A stretch of 64,000 nt of DNA from Haliotis rufescens (GCF_023055435.1 NW_025964001.1:39990001-40054000); one strand, 5' to 3'; counted from the stretch's first letter, positions 12,560 to 25,289 are shown. The notes: generated by a model from the letters alone, not told the origin. Translations and numbers: made by a program.

Positions 12560-14076
12560 GTGTTTGGGTCAATGTTGGGTAGTGTTGTGGTCGATGTGGG
12601 TAGTGTTGTGGTCAGTGTGAGTAGTGTTGTGGTAAGTGTGGGGTAGTGTTGTGGTCAGTGTAGGGTGTGTTGTGGTCAGTGTGGGCAGTGTTGTGGTCAG
12701 TGTGGGGTAGTGTTGTGGTCAGTGTAGGTAGTGTTGTGGTCAGTGTAGGGTGTGTTGTGGTCAGTGTGGGGTAGTGTTGTGGTCAGTGTAGGGTGTGTTG
12801 TGGTCAGTGTGGGGTGTGTTGTGGTCAGTGTAGGGTTGTGTTGTGGTCAGTGTAGGGTGTGTTGTGGTCAGTGTAGGGTGTGTTGTGGTCAGTGTGGGGT
12901 GTGTTGTGGTCAGTGTAGGGTGTGTTGTGGTCAGTGTGGGGTGTGTTGTGGTCAGTGTAGGGTAGTGTTGTGGTCAGTGTAGGGTGTGTTGTGGTCAGTG
13001 TGGAGTTGTGTTGTGGTCAGTGTGGGGTGTGTTGTGGTCAGTGTGGGGTGTGTTGTGGTCAGTGTGGAGTTGTGTTGTGGTCAGTGTAGGGTGTGTTGTG
13101 GTCAGTGTAGGGTGTGTTGTGGTCAGTGTGGGGTGTGTTGTGGTCAGTGTAGGGTTGTGTTGTGGTCAGTGTAGGGTTGTGTTGTGGTCAGTGTAGGGTG
13201 TGTTGTGGTCAGTGTGGGGTAGTGTTGTGGTCAGTGTAGGGTGTGTTGTGGTCAGTGTGGAGTTGTGTTGTGGTCAGTGTAGGGTGTGTTGTGGTCAGTG
13301 TAGGGTGTGTTGTGGTCAGTGTGGGGTGTGTTGTGATCAGTGTGGGGTGTGTTGTGGTCAGTGTAGGGTGTGTTGTGGTCAGTGTGGGGTGTGTTGTGGT
13401 CAGTGTAGGGTGTGTTGTGGTCAGTGTGGGGTGTGTTGTGATCAGTGTGGAGTTGTGTTGTGGTCAGTGTAGGGTGTGTTGTGGTCAGTGTGGAGTTGTG
13501 TTGTGGTCAGTGTAGGGTGTGTTGTGATCAGTGTAGGGTGTGTTGTGGTCAGTGTGGAGTTGTGTTGTGGTCAGTGTGGAGTTGTGTTGTGGTCAGTGTA
13601 GGGTGTGTTGTGGTCAGTGTGGGGTGTGTTGTGGTAAGTGTGGGGTGTGTTGTGGTCAGTGTAGGGTGTGTTGTGGTCAGTGTGGAGTTGTGTTGTGGTC
13701 AGTGTGGGGTGTGTTGTGGTCAGTGTGGAGTTGTGTTGTGGTCAGTGTAGGGTGTGTTGTGATCAGTGTGGAGTTGTGTTGTGGTCAGTGTAGGGTGTGT
13801 TGTGGTCAGTGTGGAGTTGTGTTGTGGTAAGTGTGGGGTGTGTTGTGGTCAGTGTAGGGTGTGTTGTGGTCAGTGTGGAGTTGTGTTGTGGTCAGTGTGG
13901 AGTTGTGTTGTGGTCAGTGTGGGGTGTGTTGTGGTCAGTGTAGGGTGTGTTGTGGTCAGTGTAGGGTAGTGTTGTGGTTAGTCTGGGGTAGTGTTGTGAT
14001 CAGTTTGAGTAGTGTTGTGGTCAGTGTGGGGTAGTGTCGTAGTCAGTGTAGGGTTGTATTGTGGTCAGTGTGGGGT
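12560..14076. repeat. 21-23 bp GT-rich minisatellite (gtgttgtggtcagtgtagggt)
   Basis: About 70 visible units; unit length varies out of frame, so the Cys/Val-rich ORFs are artefacts. Confidence 0.97.
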
Positions 14077-14107
14077 ACCTATCCACTCCCTCGCGAACCA
14101 TTCAAGT

Positions 14108-14270
14108 CGGTAGGTGGGGTAGCCTGTTGATTAAAAAGTTCGATCGTCACGCCGAAGACACGGGTTAGGCTACCCACATGAATACAATGTATGAAGCCTA
14201 TTTCTGGTGTCACCCGCCGTAACATTGCTGGAATATTCCTAAAGCGGCGTAAAACAATACTCACGCAATC
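14108..14270 (+). mobile_element. SINE family A, diverged
   Basis: cgtcacgccgaagac...gctggaatattcctaaagcggcgtaaaac. Confidence 0.85.
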
Positions 14271-14974
14271 AATTGGACACGAATTGACGCTCCAAATCAA
14301 GCATGATGCTGTAGTATGACAAATGTTATCTTGAACAGTACAATGTTTGGATAAAATACGCACAGTCTCACAGTCCGGGCTGTTCTTTTGTATACTGACC
14401 ACGCGAGGAATGAGAATTAAACTAAATCAAAACCAGAAAAAAATCATCTCACTCTTTAAACATCTTTAACATCTTAGTCAGCCTCGACATAAAATCTTCT
14501 GCAACCCAATTTCACCGCAAGTAGCGGCAAGGTAAAATAACGATACACCATTCGGCCTGGTCAAAGATTTTCATCAGGTTTAAATTCAAAGTAATGAATC
14601 ATAAAAATCGTTGTCATGGAAACGAGTCGGTAATTACGATCGATACAAGAAGCCATATGTTGAATGCACGAATTGAAACATTTATACCAAAATCTTTAGA
14701 CTACAGCTGATTATATCAGGATGATTAGCCACAGCGATTAACACACTAACCCTGAGAACACAACGGAGAGGTAAATAGTTATTTTGCATTATCTACAGGA
14801 ACCTCTTAATGGCAGTTCTATATATAACAACGTTTGCTTAATTAACCAGTACAGTTATGTGAGAATCTAACGAAGAAGCGAGGCGGTTATCTTGTGGGGG
14901 TAGTACTAGCGGGAAAGAACAGTTGTGTTTGTTGTGGCGGGGATTGAAGACGTGTTGGTTAAGTCGGGATCGAT

Positions 14975-17900
14975 AGTGTTGGTGATGTGGTCAGTGTTGT
15001 TGATGTGGTCAGTAGTGTTGGTGATGTGGTCAGTGTTGTTGATGTGGTCAGTAGTGTTTTTTATGTGGTCAGTGGTGATGTGATCAATAGTGTTGGTGAT
15101 GTGATCAGTGGTGTTGGTGATGCGGTCAGTAGTGTTGGTGATGTGGTCAGTAGTGTTGGTGATGTGGTCAGTGGTGTTGGTGATGTGGTCAGTAGTGTTG
15201 GTGATGTGGTCAGTAGTGTTGGTGATGTGGTCAGTAGTGTTGGTGATGTGGTCAGTGGTGATGTGATCATCAGTGTTGGTGATGTGATCAGTGGTGTTGG
15301 TGATGTGGTCAGTAGTGTTGGTGATGTGGTCAGTAGTGTTGGTGATGTGGTCAGTGGTGTTGGTGATGTGGTCAGTGGTGTTGGTGATGTGGTCAGTTGT
15401 GTTGGTTATGTGGTCAGTGGTTCTGGTGATGTGGTCAGTGGTGTTTGTGATGTGGTCAGTAGTGTTGGTGATGTGGTCAGTAGTTTTGATGTGGTCTGGA
15501 GAAGTGATGTGGTCAGTGGTGTTAATGTGGTCAGTGATGTTGGTGATGTGGTCAGTGGTGTTGATGTGGTTAGTGGTGTTGGTTATGTGGTCAGTGGTGT
15601 TGGTGATGTGGTCAGTGGTGTTGGTGATGTGATCAGTAGTTTTGATGTGGTCTGGAGAAGTGATGTGGTCAGTGGTGTTGATGTGGTCAGTGATGTTGGT
15701 GATGTGGTCAGTGGTGTTTGTGATGTGGTCAGTGGTGTTGGTGATTTGGTCAGTAGCGTTGATGTTGTCAGGAGTGTTGGTGATGTGGTCAGTGGTGTTG
15801 GTTATGTGGTCAGTGGTGTTGGTGATGTGGTCAGTTGTGTTGGTGATGAGGTCAGTGGCGTTGGTGACGTGATCAGTAGTGTTGGTGATGTGGTCAGTGG
15901 TGTTGGTGATGTGGTCCGCTGTGTTGGTTATGTGGTCAGTGGTGTTGGCGATGGGTCAGTAGTGTTGGTGTGGTCAGTGGTGTTGGTGATGTGGTCAGTG
16001 GTGTTGGCGATGTGGTCAGCAGTGTGGTTGATGTGGTCAGTGGTGTTGGTGATGTGGTCGGCAGTGTTGATGTGATCAGGAGAAGTGATGTGGTCAGTGG
16101 TGTTGATGTGGTCAGTGGTGTTGGTTATGTGTCCAGTGGTATTGGTGATGTGGTCAGTAGTGTGGGTGATGTGGTCAGGGGTGTTGGTGATGTGGTCAGT
16201 AGTGTTGGTGATGTGGTCAGTGGTGATGGTGATGTGGTCAGTAGTGTGGGTGATGTGGTCAGTGGTGTTTGTGATGTGGTCAGTGGTGTTGGTGATGTGG
16301 TCAGTAGCGTGAATGTGGTCAGTAGTGTTTGTGATGTGGTCAGTGGTATTGGTGATGTGGTCAGTAGCGTGAATGTGGTCAGTAGTGTTTGTGATGTGGT
16401 CAGTGGTGATGTGGTCAGTGGTGTTGGTGATTTGGTCAGTAGCGTTGATGTTGTCAGGAGTGTTGGTGATGTGGTCAGTGGTGTTGGTTATGTGGTCAGT
16501 GGTGTTGGTGATGTTGTCAGTGGTGTTGGTGACGTGATCAGCAGTGTTGGTGATGTGATCAGCAGTGTGGGTGATGTGGTCAGTGGTGTTGGCGATGTGG
16601 TCAGTAGTGTTGGTGTGGTCAGTGGTGTTGGTGATGTGGTCAGTAGTGTTGATGTGGTCAGTGGTGTTGGTGATGTGGTCAGCGGTGTTGGCGATGTGGT
16701 CAGCAGTGTGTTGATGTGGTCAGTAGTGTTGGTGATGTGGTCAGTGGTGTTGGTGATGTGGTCAGTAGTGTTGGTGTGGTCAGAGATGTTGGTGATGTGG
16801 TCAGTGGTGTTGGCGATGTGGTCAGCAGTGTGGTTGATGTGGTCAGTGGTGTTGGTGATGTGGTCGGCAGTGTTGATTTGATCAGGAGAAGTGATGTGGT
16901 CAGTGGTGTTGGTTATGTGTCCAGTGGTATTGGTGATGTGGTCAGTAGTGTTGGTGATGTGGTCAGTAGTGTTGGTGATGTGGTCAGTAGTGTTGGTGAT
17001 GTGGTCAGTAGTGTTGGTGATGTGGTCAGTGGTGTTGGTGATGTGGTCAGTGGTGTTTGTGATGTGGTCAGTGGTGATGGTGATGTGGTCAGTAGTGTGG
17101 GTGATGTGGTCAGTGGTGTTTGTGATGTGGTCAGTGGTGATGTGGTCAGTGGTGTTGGTGATTTGGTCAGTAGCGTTGATGTTGTCAGGAGTGTTGGTGA
17201 TGTGGTCAGTGGTGTTGGTGATGTGGTCAGCAGTGTGGGTGATGTTGTCAGGAGTGTTAGTGATGTGGTCAGTTGTGTTGGTGATGTGGTCAGTAGTGTG
17301 GTTGATGTGGTCATTAGTGTGGGTGATGTGGTTAGTGGTGTCGGTGATGTGGTCAGTAGTGTGGGTGATGTGGTCAGTAGTGTTGGTGATGTGGTCAGTT
17401 GTGTTGGTGATGTGGTCAGTAGTGTGGGTGATGTGGTCAGTAGTGTGGGTGATGTGGTCAGTGGTGTTTGTGATGTGGTCAGTGGTGTTGGTGATTTGGT
17501 CAGTAGCATTGATGTTGTCAGGAGTGTTGGTGATGTGGTCAGTAGTGTGGTTGATGTGGTCAGTGGTGTTTGTGATGTGGTCAGTGGTGTTGGTGATGTG
17601 GTCAGTGGTTTTTTTGATGTGGTGAGTGGTGTTGATGATGTGGTCAGTGGTGATGGTGATGCGGTCAGTAGTGTTGGTGATGTGGTCAGTAGTGTGGCTG
17701 ATGTGGTCAGTAGTGTTGATGTAGTCAGTGGTGTTGGTGATGTTGTCAGTAGTGTTGGTGATGTGGTCATTAGTGTGGGTGATGTTGTCAGCAGTGTTAG
17801 TAATGTGGTCAGTAGTTTTGATGTGGTCAGTAGTGTTGGTGATGTGGTCAGTGGTGTCGGTGATGTGGTCAGTAGTGTGGTTGATGTGGTCAGTGGTGTT

Positions 17901-19695
17901 TGTGATGTGGTCAGTAGTGTTGGTGATGTAGTCAGTAGTGTGGGTGATGTTGTCAGCAGTGTTGGTGATGTGGTCAGTGGTGTTTGTGATGTGGTCAGTA
18001 GTGTTGGTGATGTAGTCAGTGGTGTGGGTGATGTGGTCAGTAGTGTGGTTGATGTGGTCAGTGGTGTTTGTGATGTGGTCAGTAGTGTTGGTGATGTGGT
18101 CAGTAGTGTGGCTGATGTGGTCAGTAGTGTTGATGTAGTCAGTGGTGTTGGTGATGTTGTCAGTAGTGTTGGTGATGTGGTCAGTAGTGTGGGTGATGTT
18201 GTCAGCAGTGTTGGTAATGTGGTCAGTAGTTTTGATGTTGTCAGAAGTGTTGGTGATGTGGTCAGTGGTGTTGGTGATGTGGTCAGTAGTGTGGCTGATG
18301 TGGTCAGTAGTGTTGATGTAGTCAGTGGTGTTGGTGATGTTGTCAGTAGTGTTGGTGATGTGGTCAGTTATGTGGGTGATGTTGTCAGCAGTGTTGGTAA
18401 TGTGGTCAGTAGTTTTGATGTTGTCAGTAGTGTTGGTGATGTGGTCAGTGGTGTCGGTGATGTGGTCAGTAGTGTGGTTGATGTGGTCAGTGGTGTGGGT
18501 GATGTGGTCAGTAGTGTTGGTGATGTGGTCAGTGGTGTTTGTGATGTGGTCAGTAGTGATGGTGATGTGGTCAGTAGTGTTGATGTTGTCAGGAGTGTTT
18601 GTGATGTGGTCAGTGGTGTCGGTGATGTGGTCAGTAGTGTTGGTGATGTGGTCAGTGGTGTGGGTGATGTGGTCAGTAGTGTGGTTGATGTGGTCAGTGG
18701 TGTTTGTGATGTGGTCAGTAGTGTTGGTGATGTGGTCAGTAGTGTTGGTAATGTGGTCAGTAGTGTGGTTGATATGGTCAGTGGTGTTTGTGATGTGGTC
18801 AGTAGTGTTGATGTGGTCAGTAGTGTTGGTGATGTGGTCAGTAGTGTGGGTGATGTGGTCAGTGGTGTTTGTGATGTGGTCAGTGGTGTTGGTGCTTTGG
18901 TCAGTAGCGTTGATGTTGTCAGGAGTGTTTGTGATGTGGTCAGTGGTGTTTGTGATGTGGTCAGTGGTGTTGGTGATGTGGTCAGCAGTGTGGGTGATGT
19001 TGTCAGTAGTGTTGGTGATGTGGTCAGTGGTGTTTGTGATGTGGCCAGTGGTGTTGGTGATGTGGTCAGTAGTGTGGGTGATGTTGTCAGGAGTGTTGGT
19101 GATGTGGTCAGTGGTGTTGGTGGTGTGGTCAGCAGTGTTGGTGATGTGGCTGTAGTGTTGATGTGGTCAGTAGTGTTGGTGATATGGTCAGTGGTGTTTG
19201 TGATGTGGTCAGTGGTGTTGGTGATCTGGTCAGTAGCGTTGGTGATGTTGTCAGTAGTGTTGATGATGTGGTCAGTAGTGTGGGTGATGTTGTCAGTGGT
19301 GTTGGTGATGTGGTGAGTAGTGTGGGTGGTGTGGTCAGTGGTGTTTGTGATGTGGTCAGTGGTGTTGGTGATTTGGTCAGTGGTGTTGATGTTGTCAGTA
19401 GTGTTGGTGATGTGGACAGTAGTGTGGGTGATGTGGTCAGTGGTGTTTGTGATGTGGTCAGTGGTGTGGGTGATGTGGTCAGTGGTGTTTGTGATGTGGT
19501 CAGTGGTGTTTGTGATTTGGTCAGTAGCGTTGATGTTGTCAGGAGTGTTGGTGATGTGGTCAGTGGTGTTTGTGATGTGGTCAGTGGTGTTGGTGATGTG
19601 GTCAGTGGTGTTTGTGATGTGGTCAGTGGTGTTGGTGATTTGGTCAGTAGCGTTGGTGATGTGGTCAGTAGCGTTGGTGATGTGGTCAGTAGCGT
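14975..19695. repeat. 4.7-kb minisatellite, 21-bp unit (gtggtcagtagtgttggtgat) with 15/18-bp variants
   Basis: Over 200 visible units; source of the VVSSVGD and TTSPTLL ORFs. Confidence 0.97.
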
Positions 19696-20250
19696 CGAAG
19701 GTGTCAACACTACTGAACTGTAACTTCCGTAATGGTCAGTAGTGTCGGGGATGATGATGTTGTGTTGGCGATGTCAGGGATAATGTAATTTGGCTGCGAT
19801 GTTGTTTCAGATTGTGTTGTAGATGAAGATGCTGTCAGACGTATCGGGACAAAGATAATTCGCAGTCATTTCAAGGACATTCATGTCAGCCTTTCAGACA
19901 GTGATCCAGATCGAAGCCACTCACCTGTCACCGGACAGATAAACTATCCCCAAATGGGTCAGTCAATCAAATCGAAAAAACTCGCCACGCACTGTGTAAT
20001 CTCTGGCCTGAACGTACAAACATATATAGGACAGCTGGAAGGTAAGCTAAAAATTCACAGTTGGATGTGTTTTGCTGACAACGCTTGTGAAGGAAAGCGC
20101 CCCCGCAGCGTTATGTCTCCTACCCTATCTGATACCCACATGGCTTTCTCCCTGACCGAATCAAGTAAGGAATTATTTATTAAAAACAACATAATCTGTT
20201 CCATGGCCAAATTCAACTGATAAAGGCTGAATCCGCGACAACAAAATAAA

Positions 20251-20824
20251 TAGAGGATTCATCACGAGTGTTTTTTAATATGGGAAATATCAACCGAGTC
20301 TTAGTTAATCGGTATTTGCCGAGCCTTTGACGACGCAAATACCGATTAACGGGACGAGGTTGATATTTCCCATATTAAAAAACACGAGTGATGAATTCTA
20401 TTTATCATTTTCACATTTTTGCTTCCAAATTAAGGAATAATTGCATTAATCATTAACATCAGCAACTTGTCGAAATCTTACGTATAGATCGTACGTAGTG
20501 ATACATGTTTTCCATAGCCATGTAAACCAAAATAAACAATTCGCTGAGAAAAAAAGTTCCTCGGATTATTTTAAACAAAATACTTGAACAGACTTTTGCA
20601 GAATAATTGAAACTTTAATAACGGTAACAACAACGATTCTGTGTAATCTGATTATATCTCTGGTGTAACTTCACTTATAATATATAGTTTCAAATCAAAC
20701 CGCTCGCTCTTCCGGTTATCTAATTTGCATATCTAATTTGCATACTTATGTCATTGGGGTATGACATACATGTTTTTATGTCATAAGCTTATGTCATGGA
20801 TAAATGCATAAGTTAAATGATAAA
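20251..20824 (+). mobile_element. Hairpin-headed non-autonomous DNA element, copy 1
   Basis: 150-bp near-perfect palindrome 20251-20400, then tttatcattt ... aaatgataaa; near-identical inverted copy at 47661-48233. Confidence 0.85.
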
Positions 20825-21218
20825 TCCCCGTAGGTGACGAACGATCGAGTGTTATCACCTGATATATATACACGTGTGCATTTTAATGATTTTGGTCGGT
20901 TGAAGCGATATGACGTCACAGTGTTTTTTGTTAACTACAGTATTATATGACGTCAACCTATGTTTCATGACGTCATAAATTGTTAACATTACGTCATGCA
21001 AACAATAGGTTGATTTCAGTGAAAATCTGGGAGATTGGCATTTCATACGATTTCTTTATTTCGTGACATGGCAATAAATAAAGGAATTAAGGATTAGCTG
21101 TCCCTCGTGAATGAGTGCTGTAAATACCTCCGCAAGACAGGTAATCCGCAATTCCATGTTCGTAGTTTTATATCTACTGAATGGGTGGCAAAGGTTACAT
21201 GGAAATGCAGATGTGTCA

Positions 21219-21797
21219 CAATCTCATTTAAATCAGCTCTTAGTTCTCGCTATCGCTAAACAAAGATCTGAGGACATCCCATTACGCGTCACGTCAGAGC
21301 GACCTTTCATCCGACCAATGAAAGTATAGCATACCAGATAATGAAAGTGACATTCGGAATGTGTTTTCTGGTCATACAACCTCGAAAACGTTAACACGGG
21401 GTATCCCGAACGACAGTTACGACTGATTCCGTCAAAATTATCGTTTATCTCTCGCTTCAGTGGGATAAACATTTGAACGGAGGAGGCGTTGCACAATACG
21501 CGGAAAGCACTGTCATACAATCTCAACCATATATTAGACATTCCGGAATGTTCGTTTGTTCAGTTTTCAAAATTTTAATCGAGAACTGTGTCAACATATT
21601 TTTCAAGCGTAGTCTGAAATGGAGTGCCGTAAAGCTCGAGAAAGCTGCTTTCTTATTGGCTGATGTCGACTTCTTGCTAGTCATTTCAGTGGTCGGTCAA
21701 AGTTCGCGAAAGGTCGTTCTGACGTGACCCGTAATGGGATGGCCTCGGATCTTTGTTTAGCGGCAGCGAGAACTTAGATCTGATTTTAATGAGATTG
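21219..21797. mobile_element. MITE with TIRs of about 85 bp
   Basis: caatctcatttaaatcag...gcgacctttc mirrored by gaaaggtcgt...ctgattttaatgagattg; TSD unclear. Confidence 0.85.
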
Positions 21798-22146
21798 GAT
21801 GTGACGCGAGTTGATCATCTTATCATTGGCTGCTTTGGTCCCTTACCGGTACATCGGACATAGGGTCGGTAGCCTATGGTTAAACACTCCCTCAAGTCAT
21901 GTTAGGGGTCGACGCCTGAAGCCAATGTGTACGTGATAGTATCATAATTCTGCTACAATCGGCTTAAAACAATGTTCAATTGCATTCGATCAGCAACGAA
22001 ATCTACTGAACCATTAATAAATGAAATAAAATATCTGATTTATTTGTAAAAACATTCCAATTCAAAACTCTCCACCACTACTCACCCCCACCCCCAATCC
22101 CAACCCCAACCACGCCCCATCCCCAACCCGATTACCAACCCTCTCC

Positions 22147-22407
22147 TTAAACGCCGCGCTCAGAAATATTCCAGCTGTATCACGGCGATCAGTAAATAAT
22201 CGAGTCTTGACCAGACAATCCAGTGATGACATCATGTCCATCGATCCACGCAATTGGGACACGATGACATGCATCAAACAAGTCAGCAAGCCTGACCACC
22301 CGATCGCGTTAATCGCCTCTTAAACAGAGTCATAGACAGGCATAGACGTCTGTTACGGCAAGCATGGGTTGCAGAAGACCTTTTCTGACCCGGTTCTTCG
22401 CGGGCCC
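22147..22407 (-). mobile_element. SINE-like family B
   Basis: Alignable to 1258-1521 over its full length. Confidence 0.88.
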
Positions 22408-22896
22408 CTCCGATAACTACATGTGCTTATATTGTCTATATAAATTCAGAGTTGCATGAACGTTAGTCATACGAACCAATGTTCCGTTACGTTGAATCTA
22501 TATGCACGCAGGATAGTTGCGCTTCCTGGTCCCAGAACACCATCGATCTACCAACACGTGGCATCACATACTTATCAGTATCAGAAGTCAATTACCATTT
22601 TCAATTGTTCTCGCAAACAAACGTTTTGTTAAAATCCTAAAGGTAATTTCTAAAGCAAAGTATATCGATTAACAGTATACATAATAAGTCTGTTATCGGT
22701 CAGTTGGATAATGTAATCAATGTCTCCTTATCATCAAAACAGCCCCAAGCTGATCAGCTAGGCGTGTGATAGTAAATGCCATTGGAAAAGCGGATGGGTA
22801 ACGTATTGACAGTTCACAGTTACTACAGTGTCGTAGTATATTGACCATGAATGTGATAAAATAACACGTGACGACACCAGGTGTTCGCAGTATGGG

Positions 22897-23058
22897 GTGA
22901 GTGAGTATGGTTTTACGCCGCTTTTAGAAATACTCCAGCAATATCACGACAGGGGACTCCAGAAATGGGCTTCACACATTGTACCCATGTCGGGAATCGA
23001 ACCCAGGTCTTCGGCGTGACGACCGAACGCTTTAAGTTTAGCCACTCCCCGACCGCCC
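22897..23058 (-). mobile_element. SINE family A
   Basis: Reverse complement of the 2704-2869 copy. Confidence 0.9.
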
Positions 23059-23334
23059 AAGAATGGTTAAGAACGTCGCGAGTATAAGTTGCGTGCCTCG
23101 TCATGTTAACGATGTCTGCGTTAAGTGTCCGTCTAAAAGTCTCTCGCGATGAAGGAACCTATGTTGGGAATGATGGTTTGGGCACACTGTCGTTGCTGGT
23201 GCTGTTAGCCAATGTTTTGTCTTGTCCGGGTTCATTATAATCCATTCATAATCCATACCTTAATCTTATACACTAAAATCATTTACAAAGAGAACTTATC
23301 CACTCCATGTCGTTCCTACCAATATACGGTTAAT

Positions 23335-23480
23335 GATGGCACTTGATATCTCCTGCCTGGCGCTCGGACAAGGACTGTTCAGCTCAGGGTAAGTATACTG
23401 TGTCTGAGTGAGGTAGCCTTGTTAAAAATTGCGGCATGGTATATTGAACGCGACGTTAAACCCCATTTCACATTCTCATA
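23335..23480 (+). mobile_element. SINE family C, 5'-truncated and diverged
   Basis: ctgcctggcgctcgg..acaaggactg...cgacgttaaaccccatttcac. Confidence 0.7.
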
Positions 23481-23560
23481 TCTCCCATATCTTCCCATAT
23501 GGGGATTCGAGGTCGAAGGGGTAGCCTTGTGGTTAAAGCGTTCTTTTATCACCCAGAAAG

Positions 23561-23813
23561 TGAGTGAGTGAGTGAGCTGGGTTTAACGCCGCTCTAACAG
23601 TATTCAAGTTGTATCGCGGCGTGTCAGCTAAATGTGGGAGGAAAGCCCGAAGTGATGCAGGTCTCAGACGTTTACCACTTCGGTGAAACCCAAGAGCACG
23701 GGTATGGTGCTGGCAAACCTAGAAACATAATCGGACGAACCGAGATTCGAACCTACAAATATAGGGACACAGCGAATCGCCACGCCTTAGACGCCTGGGC
23801 CACCCGTGCCCCC
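23561..23813 (-). mobile_element. SINE family D nested inside a family A fragment (23510-23845)
   Basis: TSD tcacccagaaag at 23549-23560 and 23814-23825; removing the insert restores the family A head. Confidence 0.88.
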
Positions 23814-24355
23814 TCACCCAGAAAGACCGGGTTCGCTTCCCCACTTGATTATTGTTAAATGACCTCTTGTCCCTCTTCTTGATATCTCAGCCATATGGAA
23901 ACCACCGACAACCTGTAGATCAGGTTTATATCTTGCCGCGTCAGAGTAAATATTGCCCATAAAACTACCATCCCCTTACCTTCGCCAGCAGGTACATGAC
24001 AGAGCTTTATAACGAGGCAGAAATCGGACAAGTGCTTCACATAGCTTACTTATGAACACACTGACAAGGGACAATAGACGGTTTGTAATATTATACTCAA
24101 ATTATTATTTTCGACGTAGTGTACGTGTTTTGCACATGTCCCAGAAGGCAAGACACATGACAGGGTGCCAAGAAAAATGTACACATTTATTGTGCCAAAA
24201 AACTCAATGTTCCAAAACAGTACACGTGTGTTGTGTCCTAAGAAAGCCGAACGCGGGTCCTAGGAAAGTGTACATGTGCATTGTGTTGTGGATTTCAAGG
24301 ACTTTTCTTCTCGATTAATAAAGGTATAGGATCTGTACCGAAACGTCTCATTTAA

Positions 24356-25006
24356 AGGGCAAGTTCACACGGAAATGAACCTATTTTACTTGTACTTTTT
24401 CCACATTAAAAGTGTTAACCTAGAAGTGTCATAGACAAAAATATAAAAATATCATAATTAATCAACATATTTTTCGCATTAAAGCTATTTATATTTTTCA
24501 CGTTTACCAAGTGTTCTATTTCCATAACAAAAACACCATGGCTTATGCCCCTTGCAATATGACGTCATTGGTGCCAATTGATAAACATTATGACGTCATC
24601 ATGCTTTGTTAGAACCGCTTCACGTGGTGTAGGTACATGTGTGTGATTCTTGCGTCTCAGATGCCAGCCAGCATAGTGTTATGCTGAGTCAACATTGCGC
24701 CGGAGTGTGTCGTAGGCCATGTTGTTTTACCGCAAACTGGTACTTGATATCTTTTGCGTTGAGAATAGACAGGGACCCAGTTGAATTGGCACCAATTACG
24801 TCATAAACTAAGGGGGATAACTAAGGCCTGTTTAGCTCGAAAAACGAAGGACTCATAACGGCATATCATTTTCACACTATTGTGAGCTTCCTACTTTCAT
24901 TGTGAAACAATGAGTGCATATTTTCAAACACAGATACTAACTAATTCTAAAATTGCGTTTTGTTTAGAAAAAGAAAGAAAGTAACTTTTGCGTGTACACT
25001 TCCCCT
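24356..25006. mobile_element. Kolobok-like non-autonomous DNA transposon
   Basis: TTAA on both sides; AG...CT termini; TIR agggcaagttcacacggaaa vs aggggaagtgtacacgcaaa (16/20). Confidence 0.75.
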
Positions 25007-25289
25007 TTAAAGGATATAAGCAACGTTTGCTTGAGAAATGAACTAGCATCCGTATTGAAACGTCGCTCTGAAAGAACAAAGGAAGTTGACATCCACAACT
25101 CCAGCTTCTTAAATGCACCTTAAAGATGATGTGTTTATATCCCAGTAAACAGACCCTATTGTTTCCCAACCAGTATGCAATGTGTCTAAGAGAACATACG
25201 TATCGTGTCCTAGAGAACAGAACAGTCTCTCTAGTCCTGCACCATGACCGTGGAATATATTTATTTTATGAAAAAATAATAATCTAGAA

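Noticed and set aside
12752-13969. Cys-rich (CCGQCRV)n ORFs resembling metallothionein or keratin-associated proteins
   Set aside because: Unit lengths of 21-23 bp shift frame constantly
14987-19723. Plus-strand ORFs up to 866 aa (VVSSVGD)n
   Set aside because: Pure translation of a 21-bp repeat, open in several frames, with no unique domain or credible start context
24314-24350. Hammerhead-like remnant (stem ggtatag/ctgtacc followed by gaaac); weaker ones near 27245-27272 (minus) and 40382-40404
   Set aside because: CUGANGA core is mutated or the stem II closing pair is missing; at most dead remnants
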